A stretch of DNA of 33,907 nucleotides from Vezdaea acicularis. Lineage: Eukaryota. Made by a program: the position numbers and the translations under genes. The DNA is taken from positions 1-33,907 of the forward strand of contig JAPEUI010000155.1 of the NCBI GenBank assembly GCA_026025075.1, in the 5' to 3' direction. The notes under the pieces were generated by a model that did no database searches, was not told the origin of the DNA, and was given only the letters and a program-made list of their open reading frames with translations. Shown piece after piece: positions 24,405 to 33,907 of this stretch (positions are counted from its first letter, which is position 1; each line of letters starts with the position of its first letter).

Positions 24405-25396
24405 ATGGACGGACGAAAGACTGGCATGTTAAATGAAGGTACATTTATAAAGGCTGGTATTCCATATGACGGTTTCAATAATGACTCGGGGTTATAGATG
24501 GGATTCATATCGATATGGATCACCTCAAGAAAGGTGAGGTGAAGTATGTATCCTCCAAAGACACCTCATTCAACTCCCATTGACTTATCTCGAAATAGTC
24601 TAGGTACTTCGATGTATGTGACAATCATATGTCCGTTGCTGCAGGCGACTGCACGAGACTGTTCATATTAGCTTACATTAATCACAACAGCATGGCAATA
24701 AACTTTAAAGATGGCGTAATACTGGGTAGGAATGCCTTTGGTCGAAGTGTGGTACATCTCGCTGATCTCGGGGGATGACAGGCGCCGATAGTCGAACGAC
24801 CACTGGGGCTTATATAGCGAACAGAGTCACGGATAAACTTACACAGGTCCATGATACGATATGGTGTTGTAGGTCGGGGTCTGCAGCCGACACGCAAGCT
24901 GTGGCAGACATCGTTCAATACCACCTCGGCATGTACGGCATCATGAATCAAGAGCCTCCAACTACGCAGACTGCTGCCGCCATATTTCAGGAACTCTGTT
25001 ACGATAACAAAGACCAGCTGAGGTGGGCAAATTTTCTAGTCATGTTAGTTGATATTCCGCTGAAGGTAGAATAGTGCAGGAATGATCATTGCAGGGTACG
25101 ACCGACGGAACGGCGGTCAAGTCTATTCGATTCCCCTCGGCGGCTCTCTACACAAACAATCGTACGCAATAGGTGGATCAGGCTCTACGTATATCTATGG
25201 GTTTTGTGATGCGAACTGGAAGGAAGGCATGACAGAGGAAGAGGGCATCAATTTCGTAAGGCATGCATTACAGGAGGCTATCAAATGGGATGGAAGCTCT
25301 GGGGGTGTCATCCGAATGGTTGTGCTGACGGCAAAGGGAGCCGTGCGACATTTGTACCTACCAGACCGTGGGTATACCGGGCCGGGGACGAAATGA
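24405..25396 (+). CDS. PRE3: 20S proteasome catalytic subunit beta1, 230 aa, 6 exons
   Basis: Exons 24405-24438, 24498-24543, 24599-24613, 24691-24725, 24782-25022, 25075-25396 (693 nt). '[44 protein letters not shown]...[11 protein letters not shown]', '[10 protein letters not shown]', '[10 protein letters not shown]'. Confidence 0.96.
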
Positions 25397-26489
25397 AACT
25401 TGTATTATGGAAGAACGGGCCGACCAAGCATGATAGGCTATTTTTGCAACCAGACATATAGGGACAAATCGATATCATGTCAGATCACGCGCAGAGCTCG
25501 CGAGCTACCACAGCACCCGTACCTGACTAGATGTGACGTGATGGAAAGCGTGGTGTTGTCACTGCACACAGCATGATGCGGAGCAGCAAAGTTCCCGCTC
25601 GTCGAGCAAGCTAACAAATGTACAGGCGGTCCGTGAGACTGGAACGCCGTAAAGATACTAAGTGGGGTATAAGGGCGAAACCGAGGCCAGGCCTACGATC
25701 ATCCCCATGCGCTATGGGATATATGTGGACGTTGCGCACTCCGCGCTGCTAGGTCGCGGAGCTCATTGCTAGGAGCTGGAACTGCGGATAGGTTTCAACC
25801 TGATTGTACCACTCCCCCTTCTCCAGGTACGCGTCCCTGGGATTGCGTATCTTGCGTGCTGCTGGTTGGATCGGAAATTCGCAGTCGTGCCTGCGAGCGA
25901 GAGAAGAAAAAAAAAGAAGATCAGCCAGTCGGGAGCAGCGTCATCGGCACGCCCGAGGACGTGACGTTGGTGGCCGATCTGATTCGCAGGCGACTGCAAG
26001 AAGGGCCCGACGAACTCTTTGCGGTGAAAGAGTTGAGAAAGGAGAGCCGCACGGCGGGAGAAGGTGAGAGAATTATCGAGCAGCGCCTGTGCACATCAAT
26101 GGCCATCGCTCGGGATTTCTGGGGGTCTGGAGGGATGATATTAGCTGAGAATACCCTTCTGGTGCCTGGGATGATATGACGATGATTGTCTGGTTCTTTT
26201 AACCTTCCCGTGTTGCTCCACCGGCGTCCCATGTCCCATGCAGATCGCATCGTTCCGCCCGAACGACTAAAAGTGCGACCCTCGACCAACTTATCTCATT
26301 TTCTCTCCCTCCCTCACCCTCCCCTCCAAACAACATCCATACTCCCTACCCACGACCGCTGCATGCGTCGCGCACTCCTTTGCGCTTCCTTTTTATCTTT
26401 GTCGGTGCCATTTCTCGTGAAGCCCTTTTCTTTTCTCTCTCCTCTTCTTTCCGGTCTGCTGGCGTTGGTCGGAAGGAATGCCGTACAAG

Positions 26490-26954
26490 GTAAGCTTACC
26501 AACGATCTGTTTCTCCTCGTTCCTCAACGTCCATCTGCCTCCAATCGCGACGTTACTCCTCCACTCCTGCACTCCTGCCTGCCGTCCTTCTGAATCGACT
26601 CCTCGCCAGCCAGAAAGGGCCACTGTCCGCCGGTCTCGCCCATCATATCCAGTCCCCTCTCCCTGGAAGTCGTGAGGAGAAAGAGCCAAGCGCGAGATGT
26701 CCCATCGACGGTGTCGCCTACCCCAATTCTTCGCTCCGAGCTCCAACGACGTCAGTCAACGGGCGCAGTGTCGTTGTACGACCCTCTCTCCATCTTTCCT
26801 CCTCGCCCAATCCATAGCCATTCCACAAGAATCACCATCCCTTCTCATCCATCGAAATCGAAATTCCCGTGCTCTCCACCGCTATCGTACCCCAGCGAAA
26901 CAAGGAAGAAGGCTAATATCGCTTGGCGAGAAAGATCACGACTCCCTGCTGTAG
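26490..26954 (+). other. Possible long 5'-UTR intron of the cyclin gene
   Basis: AAG|GTAAGC donor at 26490, GCTAAT branch-like site at about 26912, CTGTAG ending at 26954; pyrimidine-rich interior. Confidence 0.4.
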
Positions 26955-26976
26955 TTGCGACGCGCAATAGGCTGAC

Positions 26977-28496
26977 ATGGGATCTCTTCTCATCAGCGAC
27001 GTCTTGACCGAACCTAGTCGCTTTCCGCACACGATGCTGGCTGGAGGTGCGCATCAGGCGACGTCCGAACGAAGTTATCGAAGTTCAGCATCAGATCGTG
27101 CCCCTCAGATCAGTCCCAACAACCCGCACCAAGTACCTCCACGACAAACCCCCAGCAGCCTACCCACCAGCGACCTTCGAGCCGCACAACATTCACCTCA
27201 TGGCTATGCGCAACATCAGCAGGTCTCATTGACCCATAGCACCTCGCCAATTCCCATCCCTTCGACATCCTCCGGTCATCATACTACTCAGCCCTCAAGG
27301 GCCCCGATAAGACAAGCCTTTCCAACTCAACAATACTTGCCACAGCCCCCGAACGTCACGGAGCAGTTAATGCAGCCGACACCGCCTTACGATTCTTCCC
27401 AGCCTCAGTCAAGGGGCGGCTATCAAGCCCCCCCTTCAACCAACCAAGGCTTCTACCCAGCCCGACCCATGAACGAGGTGGCATCCATCACATCAAACAA
27501 GATCCAAGTCCGCGATCTGGCTCACATCCAAAGTTTCGCAAACGATGAGTTCCTTGACACTCCCAGCTTGCCTCGAACTTCACGACACTCTACCAACAAC
27601 CCCAATCCGCAGTACGAGATCAGTGGGATGCCCGTGGAGCACATCATCGAGATGGTTGCCGGCTTGTTAACGAAGATTACGAATCAAAATGATCAACAAC
27701 ATGAGCAGCTCCGCCGCCACATTCCCCCTCCCGAAGGCACGACAGGATTGAGCCAGCAAACGACGAGCGTGTTGGCTTTTCATGGAAAAAACGTTCCAAG
27801 CATCACAATCATGAGTTATTTGAGCCGGATACACAAATATTGTCCAACCACGTACGAGGTGTTTTTGAGTCTGCTAGTCTACTTTGATCGGATGACTGTG
27901 AAAGTCAACAAGGGCCCAAGGCAACACTTGGAGCAACAACCTACTCTTAGACCCCGACTGGATTCGGCGGATGTCGAAATGGCTGATCAGCCGCCTACTT
28001 TACCGGACAATTCAAGCGTACCTATGGAAGATGCAGGATCAAACGAGCAATCGTCTTCGCAGGTTCAACCGGAGTTGGGTGTCGACGCAGATCCCTACGA
28101 TCTCTCGCACTTTTTCGTGGTCGATAGTTTCAACATCCACCGACTAGTCATTGCAGGCGTCACTTGTGCGAGCAAGTTCTTTTCCGACGTGTTTTACACC
28201 AACTCACGTTATGCGAAGGTATGTTCTATGTCTTTGAGAATTCGGTAGCTTCCCACTTATCTTCGCCCGCCATCTAGGTTGGAGGACTTCCTCTCTTCGA
28301 ACTTAACCACCTTGAACTTCAATTTCTCCTTCTCAACGACTTTCGACTGTCGGTGCCTGTGGAAGAGCTAGAGGCGTACGGGACCATGTTGGTAGAATTC
28401 TATGCTCGGGAAGTGATTGCTCAACGCAAGGCAATGCAGGCGCGCGAACCGTTTCCGCAGGAAGGAAGCGGACCTCAGACTCCTACACCCCCTTGA
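26977..28496 (+). CDS. Pho85-associated cyclin (Pho80/Pcl6/Pcl7 subfamily)
   Basis: Exon 1 26977 (alternative ATG 27034)-28218, intron 28219-28277 (GTATGT...TAG), exon 2 28278-28496. 'FHGKNVPSITIMSYLSRIHKYCP', 'NIHRLVIAGVTCASKFFSDVFYTNSRYAKVGGLPLFELNHLELQFL'. Confidence 0.92.
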
Positions 28497-29187
28497 GATT
28501 ATGACATGATGTGAAGATATGGCGTCACATAGATATTCCTGTAGCACTGCAAAGAGATATACCCCTTTAGAGAAATCGCTTCGGCAGCAGTCTTCAGGTG
28601 ATTCGCCTTTTGCTGAGGATGGTGGATGTGAGCTTGCTAGGGAAAGGAGCGCCAGCGTTATGTAAGGCTCGCATCGAATATATTCAACAAGCATTGCAGC
28701 AATTGTGTATAATGTCCCAACACTGAATGTTGAATCTCAGAACAGAAAAAAGCCGATGATGACGTATCCCCTTGTTGGTTTTGCTCAGAATCGACTCGTC
28801 TCGATTACTTCGCGGGGACCTACGAAAATGAGTCAAGCGAGTTTGCCTTTGCCACACAACACAATTTCTCGACTTCATACCTTTTCTTTTGTAATGTTTC
28901 CTCTTGAGCATAGATCCCATACATAGACTAAACAATATAGAACAGTCATCCTTCGACACCGCCCCATGAACACATGCTGTACATACTTAAGACATCTCCC
29001 AATAATTGTGAACTGATCACCTACATAATACTGATATTGCTCTTCGAACACAAAGTTTTCATATCACTCATCTGATTGACCTGTCTTAGCTGATCGACGC
29101 AAGGAGTCTCTTCTCACACGTCCAGAGGCGCTGGAGTTTGGCAGGGGGCTGCAGTATCTGCCTCTGAACAACCTTAATCATCAGAGG

Positions 29188-32100
29188 ATGGCGACACCGA
29201 GCAGCATACCAGCTGTTGCTGGAGGCCCACATTCGGAGCCACCAAAACAACCACAAAGACGTAGACGACGCCGTCACAACGAATCACCGGGTGTTCCAGG
29301 AGACACCAATCAGGTACAAAATGGAAGCCTTGCATTTCGACCTGCTACGATCGCTCCTACGACAGGCCTACCTTCCGCGGAGGGCTCTGGCACAGAACGC
29401 CCGCCCGCCGAAATCCGGCAAGGGCCGCAGCAGGAACGGACCCAACGGATAAAGAAACCCAGGGGAAAGCAAAGGGCAGATGGGGCGGACATAAACGGCA
29501 CTGCGGCAAAGTCGCTAAGAGCTGATAAAGCTACAAAGCGTCGGTTTGGTGGCCAGCTTACTATGGAAGCGGGGCCCGAAGCGATTCAGTCACAGTCCAC
29601 CCAAGCTCTAAATGGCGGTGCACCGATTTTCCAACCTGGATCAACCCTTGAACATACCGAGCCCACCTCTAAAGCCTCGCCGTCCGAAGTCCCTGAGAAA
29701 AAGAGACCGGTCCGAGCTCGCAGACAATCAAAGTCAAACGCGCCAGACCTGTCTAGCCGAATACAAGAAGATATATCAAGCGGTCTTTATGAGTGTGTCA
29801 TATGCTACGGCAGCGTTTTGCGGAATTCGAAAGTCTGGTCTTGCAAGAAATGTTGGACGGTTCTGCATCTTCACTGCGTCAAAAAATGGGCGAACAGTGA
29901 TCATGCCCTTCCTACCCAGCCTGAAGCAGAAATAGTTTGGAGGTGTCCTGGATGCAATCTATCCCAGGACGAGAGACCAGCAAAGTACACGTGCTGGTGT
30001 GGGAAGGAGACAGATCCTCGTGCGTTACCCGGATCAAACCCTCACTCCTGCGGCCAGAGCTGTGGAAAGGTGCGGGTAACGCCTAAGAAATGCCCACATC
30101 CTTGTCCCCTTCAATGTCACGCCGGACCTTGTGAACCGTGCAGCCACATGGGCCCAACCCAAGAATGCTTCTGTGGCAAGAGCTCTGCGAAACGACGATG
30201 CTTGGACACGGATTACGACAATGGCTGGAGCTGCGAGGCTCGATGCGGGCGTCTCATGCAATGCGGAGAGCATAAGTGCCCTCGCACATGTCATTCAGGA
30301 AGTTGCGGTGAATGCTCTGCTCAAATTGAAGGCTTGTGCTACTGTGGTCAAACGGAAAGGTCCTTGCCCTGCTCTGAAGTCAAGGTCCGAGGGACGAGTC
30401 GTGAAACCGTTACGAAAGACGCAAAACCAGAGCTACGAGAATGGAGGGGCCTTTTCGATTGCGGCAAGCCCTGCCAACGCAAATTCGACTGCGGCATCCA
30501 TGGGTGTGAGAAGATGTGCCATGTTCAAGATCAAGACCCCACCAAATGTCCTAGGAGCCCTACGGAAGTGAAGCGCTGTCCTTGTGGCAAGACAGACCTT
30601 CAAGAACTCGTTTCTGAGCCACGAAAATCCTGCAAAGAAGAGATTCCGAATTGCAGCAAGTCATGCGGCAAGACTCTGCCCTGTGGCCACGAATGTGAAG
30701 GCGTCTGCCATTCGGGAGATTGCTTGCCCTGTTTGAAGACGGTCTCCATACCTTGTCGTTGTGGAAGGACCTCCAACAAGACAATGTGTCATCAAGGAGT
30801 GGAAGAACCACCTCAATGTATGCGAGTGTGCAGGGCTACACTGAACTGCTCCCGGCACCAATGCGGAGAAAGGTGCTGTGCAGGGGAAACCAAGGCGATC
30901 GAAAGGAATAATTCGAAAAAGAAGCAGCGGCAAGCCGGTCTTGACGGCATCGAAGCAGAGCACATATGCACAAGAGTTTGCGGAAGGCCTCTCAAATGTG
31001 GCAATCAAGATCACACATGCCCGCAGTTATGCCACAAAGGAGCTTGTTCTTCCTGTTTGGTTAGCTCGTCCGATGACCTCGCGTGTAGCTGCGGACGCAC
31101 GGTCATAAGAGCTCCGATTCGCTGCGGTACATCACCTCCACAATGTTTCTTCACCTGCGAACGGCCGACGACTTGTGGCCATCCTAGCGTCTCTCACAAT
31201 TGCCATGGAGACGACGAGGCTTGTCCAAAATGCCACTATCTCACCTCCAAGCGCTGCGCCTGCGGTAAACGCATACTCAAGAACCAGCCCTGCTACATCC
31301 AGTCTCCTTTATGCGGCATCACTTGCAACTCTCGCCTCAAGTGTGGAGTTCATACGTGTCAACTGACATGCCATCGCCCTGGTCTCTGCGAGGATAGTGC
31401 AAAGCCTTGCGTACAACTCTGTGGACGCCTGAAAAGCTGCTCTCACCCTTGCAACCAGACCTGCCACTCGACCTCGCCGTGCCCGGAGAACGTCCCATGT
31501 TCACATCGCATCCGGATCTCATGCCCCTGTGGCATAACCAGCACAGAAACGCGTTGCTCGTCGACAAGCTCGTCACAAGGGAACACCAGCAAGACGCTCT
31601 CTTGTACCGAAGAATGCGTCCGCCAGGCGAGAGTCCGCGATCTTGCCGACGCTCTCGGCATCGATCGCGCCACGCACAGTAACAATCATATCCCATACTC
31701 AGCTGACACGCTTAGCTTCTACTCTTTGAACTCTCCAGCATGGTCTTCCGCCCAGGAGAGTCTCATCCGTGATTTCGTCAACGAGGAATCACGCACTCGA
31801 CTAGCCTTCGCGCCAATGTCGTCTCAGCGCCGCGCTTTCGTGCATGCGCTCGCCGACGACTTTCAGCTCGACAGCGAGAGCCTCGACCCCGAGCCACATC
31901 GGCACGTGGAGGTTTTCAAGCCACGGACATGGAATTTGTCTGGACTACAGTGGAAGACGTGTGCGGAAGCGATCAAGATACGAGAGCAGGAGAAGCGGGA
32001 CGCGGAGACTGAAAGGGTCACGCGCTGCAGGGAACAGGAGGGTGACAAGAGCTACAATGCGATTCTGTTGCGAGAAGTAAAGTTTGCGGTCGTGGAAGAA

Positions 32101-32649
32101 GAGGTCAAGGCAGCGGTTGCGCCTATAGTTGCTAAAGAGGCAAGCGTTGGTAGTTGGGAGGTGGTCTTCTTGCTCAGCGGAGAGGTCGTCGTCGCTATAA
32201 GGACCCTCAGCTCCACCAGAACCGCCGAAGACGGGGAGAAGAAGATTGAGAACGTCATCACTGGCCTTCGAGAGCCGCTCCTCAGAGCATTGCGCGAGAA
32301 GGGTGTTGCCAAGGACGTGGAGCTGGTGCGGGTCAACGAAAGTCAGAATATAGTAAGAAGAGAGAGACAAGGCGAGAGCGAGGAAGGGGGGTGGAGTCGA
32401 GTGGTCAGCAAAGGCGCAGCGCCGTCGAAGATGGTGGAGAGCAAGGGCCTAGGCAATGGCGGGGGTTATGTCGTCTTGGGACGCAAGAAGAATGGGGTTC
32501 TCGTCGGTGAGGAGAAGGGGAAGAAGCCCGTCGCCCCGAAGAAAGAGGAGGAGGTTCTCGAAGATTGGTGGGATGCGGTGGAGGAACTAGAGCTTGACTC
32601 CAAGGGCGAAGAAAATGGCTGGCGTGGGGGGTCTGAGCCTATGGTCTAA
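29188..32649 (+). CDS. FAP1: NF-X1-type zinc finger protein with RING/PHD-like finger and R3H domain (NFX1/FAP1 family), 1153 aa
   Basis: Single ORF. 'YECVICY...WSCKKCWTVLHLHCVKKW...WRCPGC', many C-x-x-H-x-C-x3-C-H-x-G-x-C NF-X1 repeats, R3H 'FAPMSSQRRAFVHALADDF'. Confidence 0.93.
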   Translation: MATPSSIPAVAGGPHSEPPKQPQRRRRRRHNESPGVPGDTNQVQNGSLAFRPATIAPTTGLPSAEGSGTERPPAEIRQGPQQERTQRIKKPRGKQRADGADINGTAAKSLRADKATKRRFGGQLTMEAGPEAIQSQSTQALNGGAPIFQPGSTLEHTEPTSKASPSEVPEKKRPVRARRQSKSNAPDLSSRIQEDISSGLYECVICYGSVLRNSKVWSCKKCWTVLHLHCVKKWANSDHALPTQPEAEIVWRCPGCNLSQDERPAKYTCWCGKETDPRALPGSNPHSCGQSCGKVRVTPKKCPHPCPLQCHAGPCEPCSHMGPTQECFCGKSSAKRRCLDTDYDNGWSCEARCGRLMQCGEHKCPRTCHSGSCGECSAQIEGLCYCGQTERSLPCSEVKVRGTSRETVTKDAKPELREWRGLFDCGKPCQRKFDCGIHGCEKMCHVQDQDPTKCPRSPTEVKRCPCGKTDLQELVSEPRKSCKEEIPNCSKSCGKTLPCGHECEGVCHSGDCLPCLKTVSIPCRCGRTSNKTMCHQGVEEPPQCMRVCRATLNCSRHQCGERCCAGETKAIERNNSKKKQRQAGLDGIEAEHICTRVCGRPLKCGNQDHTCPQLCHKGACSSCLVSSSDDLACSCGRTVIRAPIRCGTSPPQCFFTCERPTTCGHPSVSHNCHGDDEACPKCHYLTSKRCACGKRILKNQPCYIQSPLCGITCNSRLKCGVHTCQLTCHRPGLCEDSAKPCVQLCGRLKSCSHPCNQTCHSTSPCPENVPCSHRIRISCPCGITSTETRCSSTSSSQGNTSKTLSCTEECVRQARVRDLADALGIDRATHSNNHIPYSADTLSFYSLNSPAWSSAQESLIRDFVNEESRTRLAFAPMSSQRRAFVHALADDFQLDSESLDPEPHRHVEVFKPRTWNLSGLQWKTCAEAIKIREQEKRDAETERVTRCREQEGDKSYNAILLREVKFAVVEEEVKAAVAPIVAKEASVGSWEVVFLLSGEVVVAIRTLSSTRTAEDGEKKIENVITGLREPLLRALREKGVAKDVELVRVNESQNIVRRERQGESEEGGWSRVVSKGAAPSKMVESKGLGNGGGYVVLGRKKNGVLVGEEKGKKPVAPKKEEEVLEDWWDAVEELELDSKGEENGWRGGSEPMV

Positions 32650-32745
32650 AAGGCTCGCCGTCATGTCGAATATACCTTAGGAGATGAAACGAATGGCATA
32701 CACGTTCTCCTCGAGTGAGGACGAATCTGAGTGAATTGAAACTCG

Positions 32746-33720
32746 CCCATGTTATTGACGGCTGTTCGAGCAACCACGGTGTTCATCTATCAAGCGTCTC
32801 TCGCCCATGTAGCCGCCTTTCGCCCGTATAACTACCATGTCATCGCTACTTATCCCCAAAACCCATCCTCCCTAGCTGGAATCGCTCGAACTCCTTAACA
32901 CCTAATTCGTAAATTGTCTGTTTCCTAAGAGAAGAATCTTTCGTCGATAATGCTAAGCAAGTCCAGGATGTCACGAACGTACCCATCCCGTGATCGCAGC
33001 CTGCGCTATGCCTGCACTAGACTTGAGTCACGTGACGCACCGTAGTAGCTAAGAATGCGGGGAAGCGCTGAGGCATGGCTCCCCAGCATTCAATACACAA
33101 TCCACATAGACGTATTCATTGACTGCTACTATGTTCTATACTTCTTGATACCTTTGGTGACTCCCCTGAGTGATGCTTGCGCTGCGCCGGATACGGCTTA
33201 GTCTGCTCCCTGCTCGTAGGCCTATGCCTCACATAGGAATTGTGATATTTGACACTACACAGTCGACAGTAACTGTGAGGATGTAGCGTACGAGCAGGGA
33301 GCGGCTAGGATCAATCAGGCAACGCAAGGGGGATGCAGTAGGCACGCAGTATAGTCGCAGTAGGAGTTGGAATAGTTTAGTAGTCAATGGCATGTATCTA
33401 TACGATTGAATACTGAGGAGCTATTCTACAGTGCTTCTCCGCTTTGCTATATGACGATAGGTCACGTGACGCATGGGTAGTGCAGGGGTGCCGCTTGAGT
33501 CACGGGAAGGCAGGTTCGTGACAGTAACTGACATCTTCCAGAGCGATTAGTCGCATTTGTTGACTTTTTCTGACAGATATACAGCTTCCTTTCCACTGAG
33601 GAGGTGTTTCAAATTTTATGGCATATGATGCTTCCCCACGTTATCAACGGCTGTTTGAGTAATTACTATATTTATCTATCCACCATCTCTCGCCCGTGTG
33701 ACCACGTCTCGCCCGTATAA
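32746..33720 (+). repeat. Diverged direct repeat pair 32746-32831 and 33635-33720 flanking the fold-back
   Basis: Ungapped 86-nt alignment with 66 identities by manual count; 16 of the 20 differences are transitions. Confidence 0.88.
32943..33564. repeat. Long imperfect inverted repeat (fold-back), about 620 nt
   Basis: Nested complementary blocks: 32969-32978/33514-33523 (10 bp perfect), 33027-33036/33461-33470, gcggggaagcgctg/cagtgcttctccgc, gctccccagcattcaat/attgaatactgaggagc, cattgactgcta/tagtagtcaatg, 33205-33218/33289-33302 (14 bp perfect), cctcaca/tgtgagg. Confidence 0.92.
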
Positions 33721-33907
33721 GCGTCTGTCGGGCAAAAAACCACCCTTCGTCCACATTACCGCCTTTTACTCGTGCGACTGAATTCGTGTCAAAATGTTGC
33801 GGGGCCAGATTTGTTTTCCGATTGCAGCTTTACGCATGATAGGCATCATAAATCTTCGTTCGTCACCACATTGCCATCCGACGTTCGCAAGCCGCGCGGA
33901 GCCCTCC

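Larger units (their letters stand above)
32700..33907 (+). ncRNA. Candidate telomerase RNA (TER/TR), 5' portion; start approximate, would continue beyond the window
   Basis: No ORF of 60 aa or more in the track. 8-bp stem 32764-32771/32884-32891 ends 4 nt before TAACACCTAA (32896-32905); long imperfect fold-back 32943-33564; second stem 33569-33578/33723-33732; pseudoknot-like GATTTG-TTTT-CCGATTGCAGC...TAAATC 33808-33854. Identity as TER is inferred, not confirmed by homology. Confidence 0.45.

Noticed and set aside
25400..26480. Several 60-137 aa ORFs between PRE3 and the cyclin gene
   Set aside because: No domain signal and mostly non-ATG starts; consistent with promoter and 5' leader sequence.
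1..33907. CRISPR arrays, tRNA or rRNA genes, prokaryotic operons
   Set aside because: None seen; the sequence is intron-containing fungal DNA with no regularly spaced repeats or cloverleaf-like segments that I could detect.

Overview
Gene-dense genomic DNA from a filamentous ascomycete (Pezizomycotina-type short GT-AG introns with CTRAC branch points). Nine protein genes can be reconstructed: a TBC/Rab-GAP gene (cut by the window edge), telomerase reverse transcriptase TERT (7 exons, 1167 aa), a large DH-BAR-SH3 RhoGEF, an MBD4-like HhH-GPD DNA glycosylase, a two-domain fasciclin protein, BEM46 hydrolase, proteasome beta1 PRE3, a Pho85-type cyclin and an NFX1/FAP1 zinc-finger-R3H protein. Two non-coding elements stand out. 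The first is a box C/D snoRNA in the enlarged third intron of BEM46, with a 13-nt antisense element to large-subunit rRNA. The second is an ORF-free, highly structured region after the NFX1/FAP1 stop (about 32.7 kb to the window end). It has a template-like TAACACCTAA, a preceding boundary-like stem, a roughly 620-nt fold-back arm biased towards G-U pairs on the + strand, and the 5' half of a telomerase-type pseudoknot. This is a candidate telomerase RNA gene about 26 kb from TERT that would specify a variant TTAGGTG repeat. A degenerate repeat element is the main alternative explanation.
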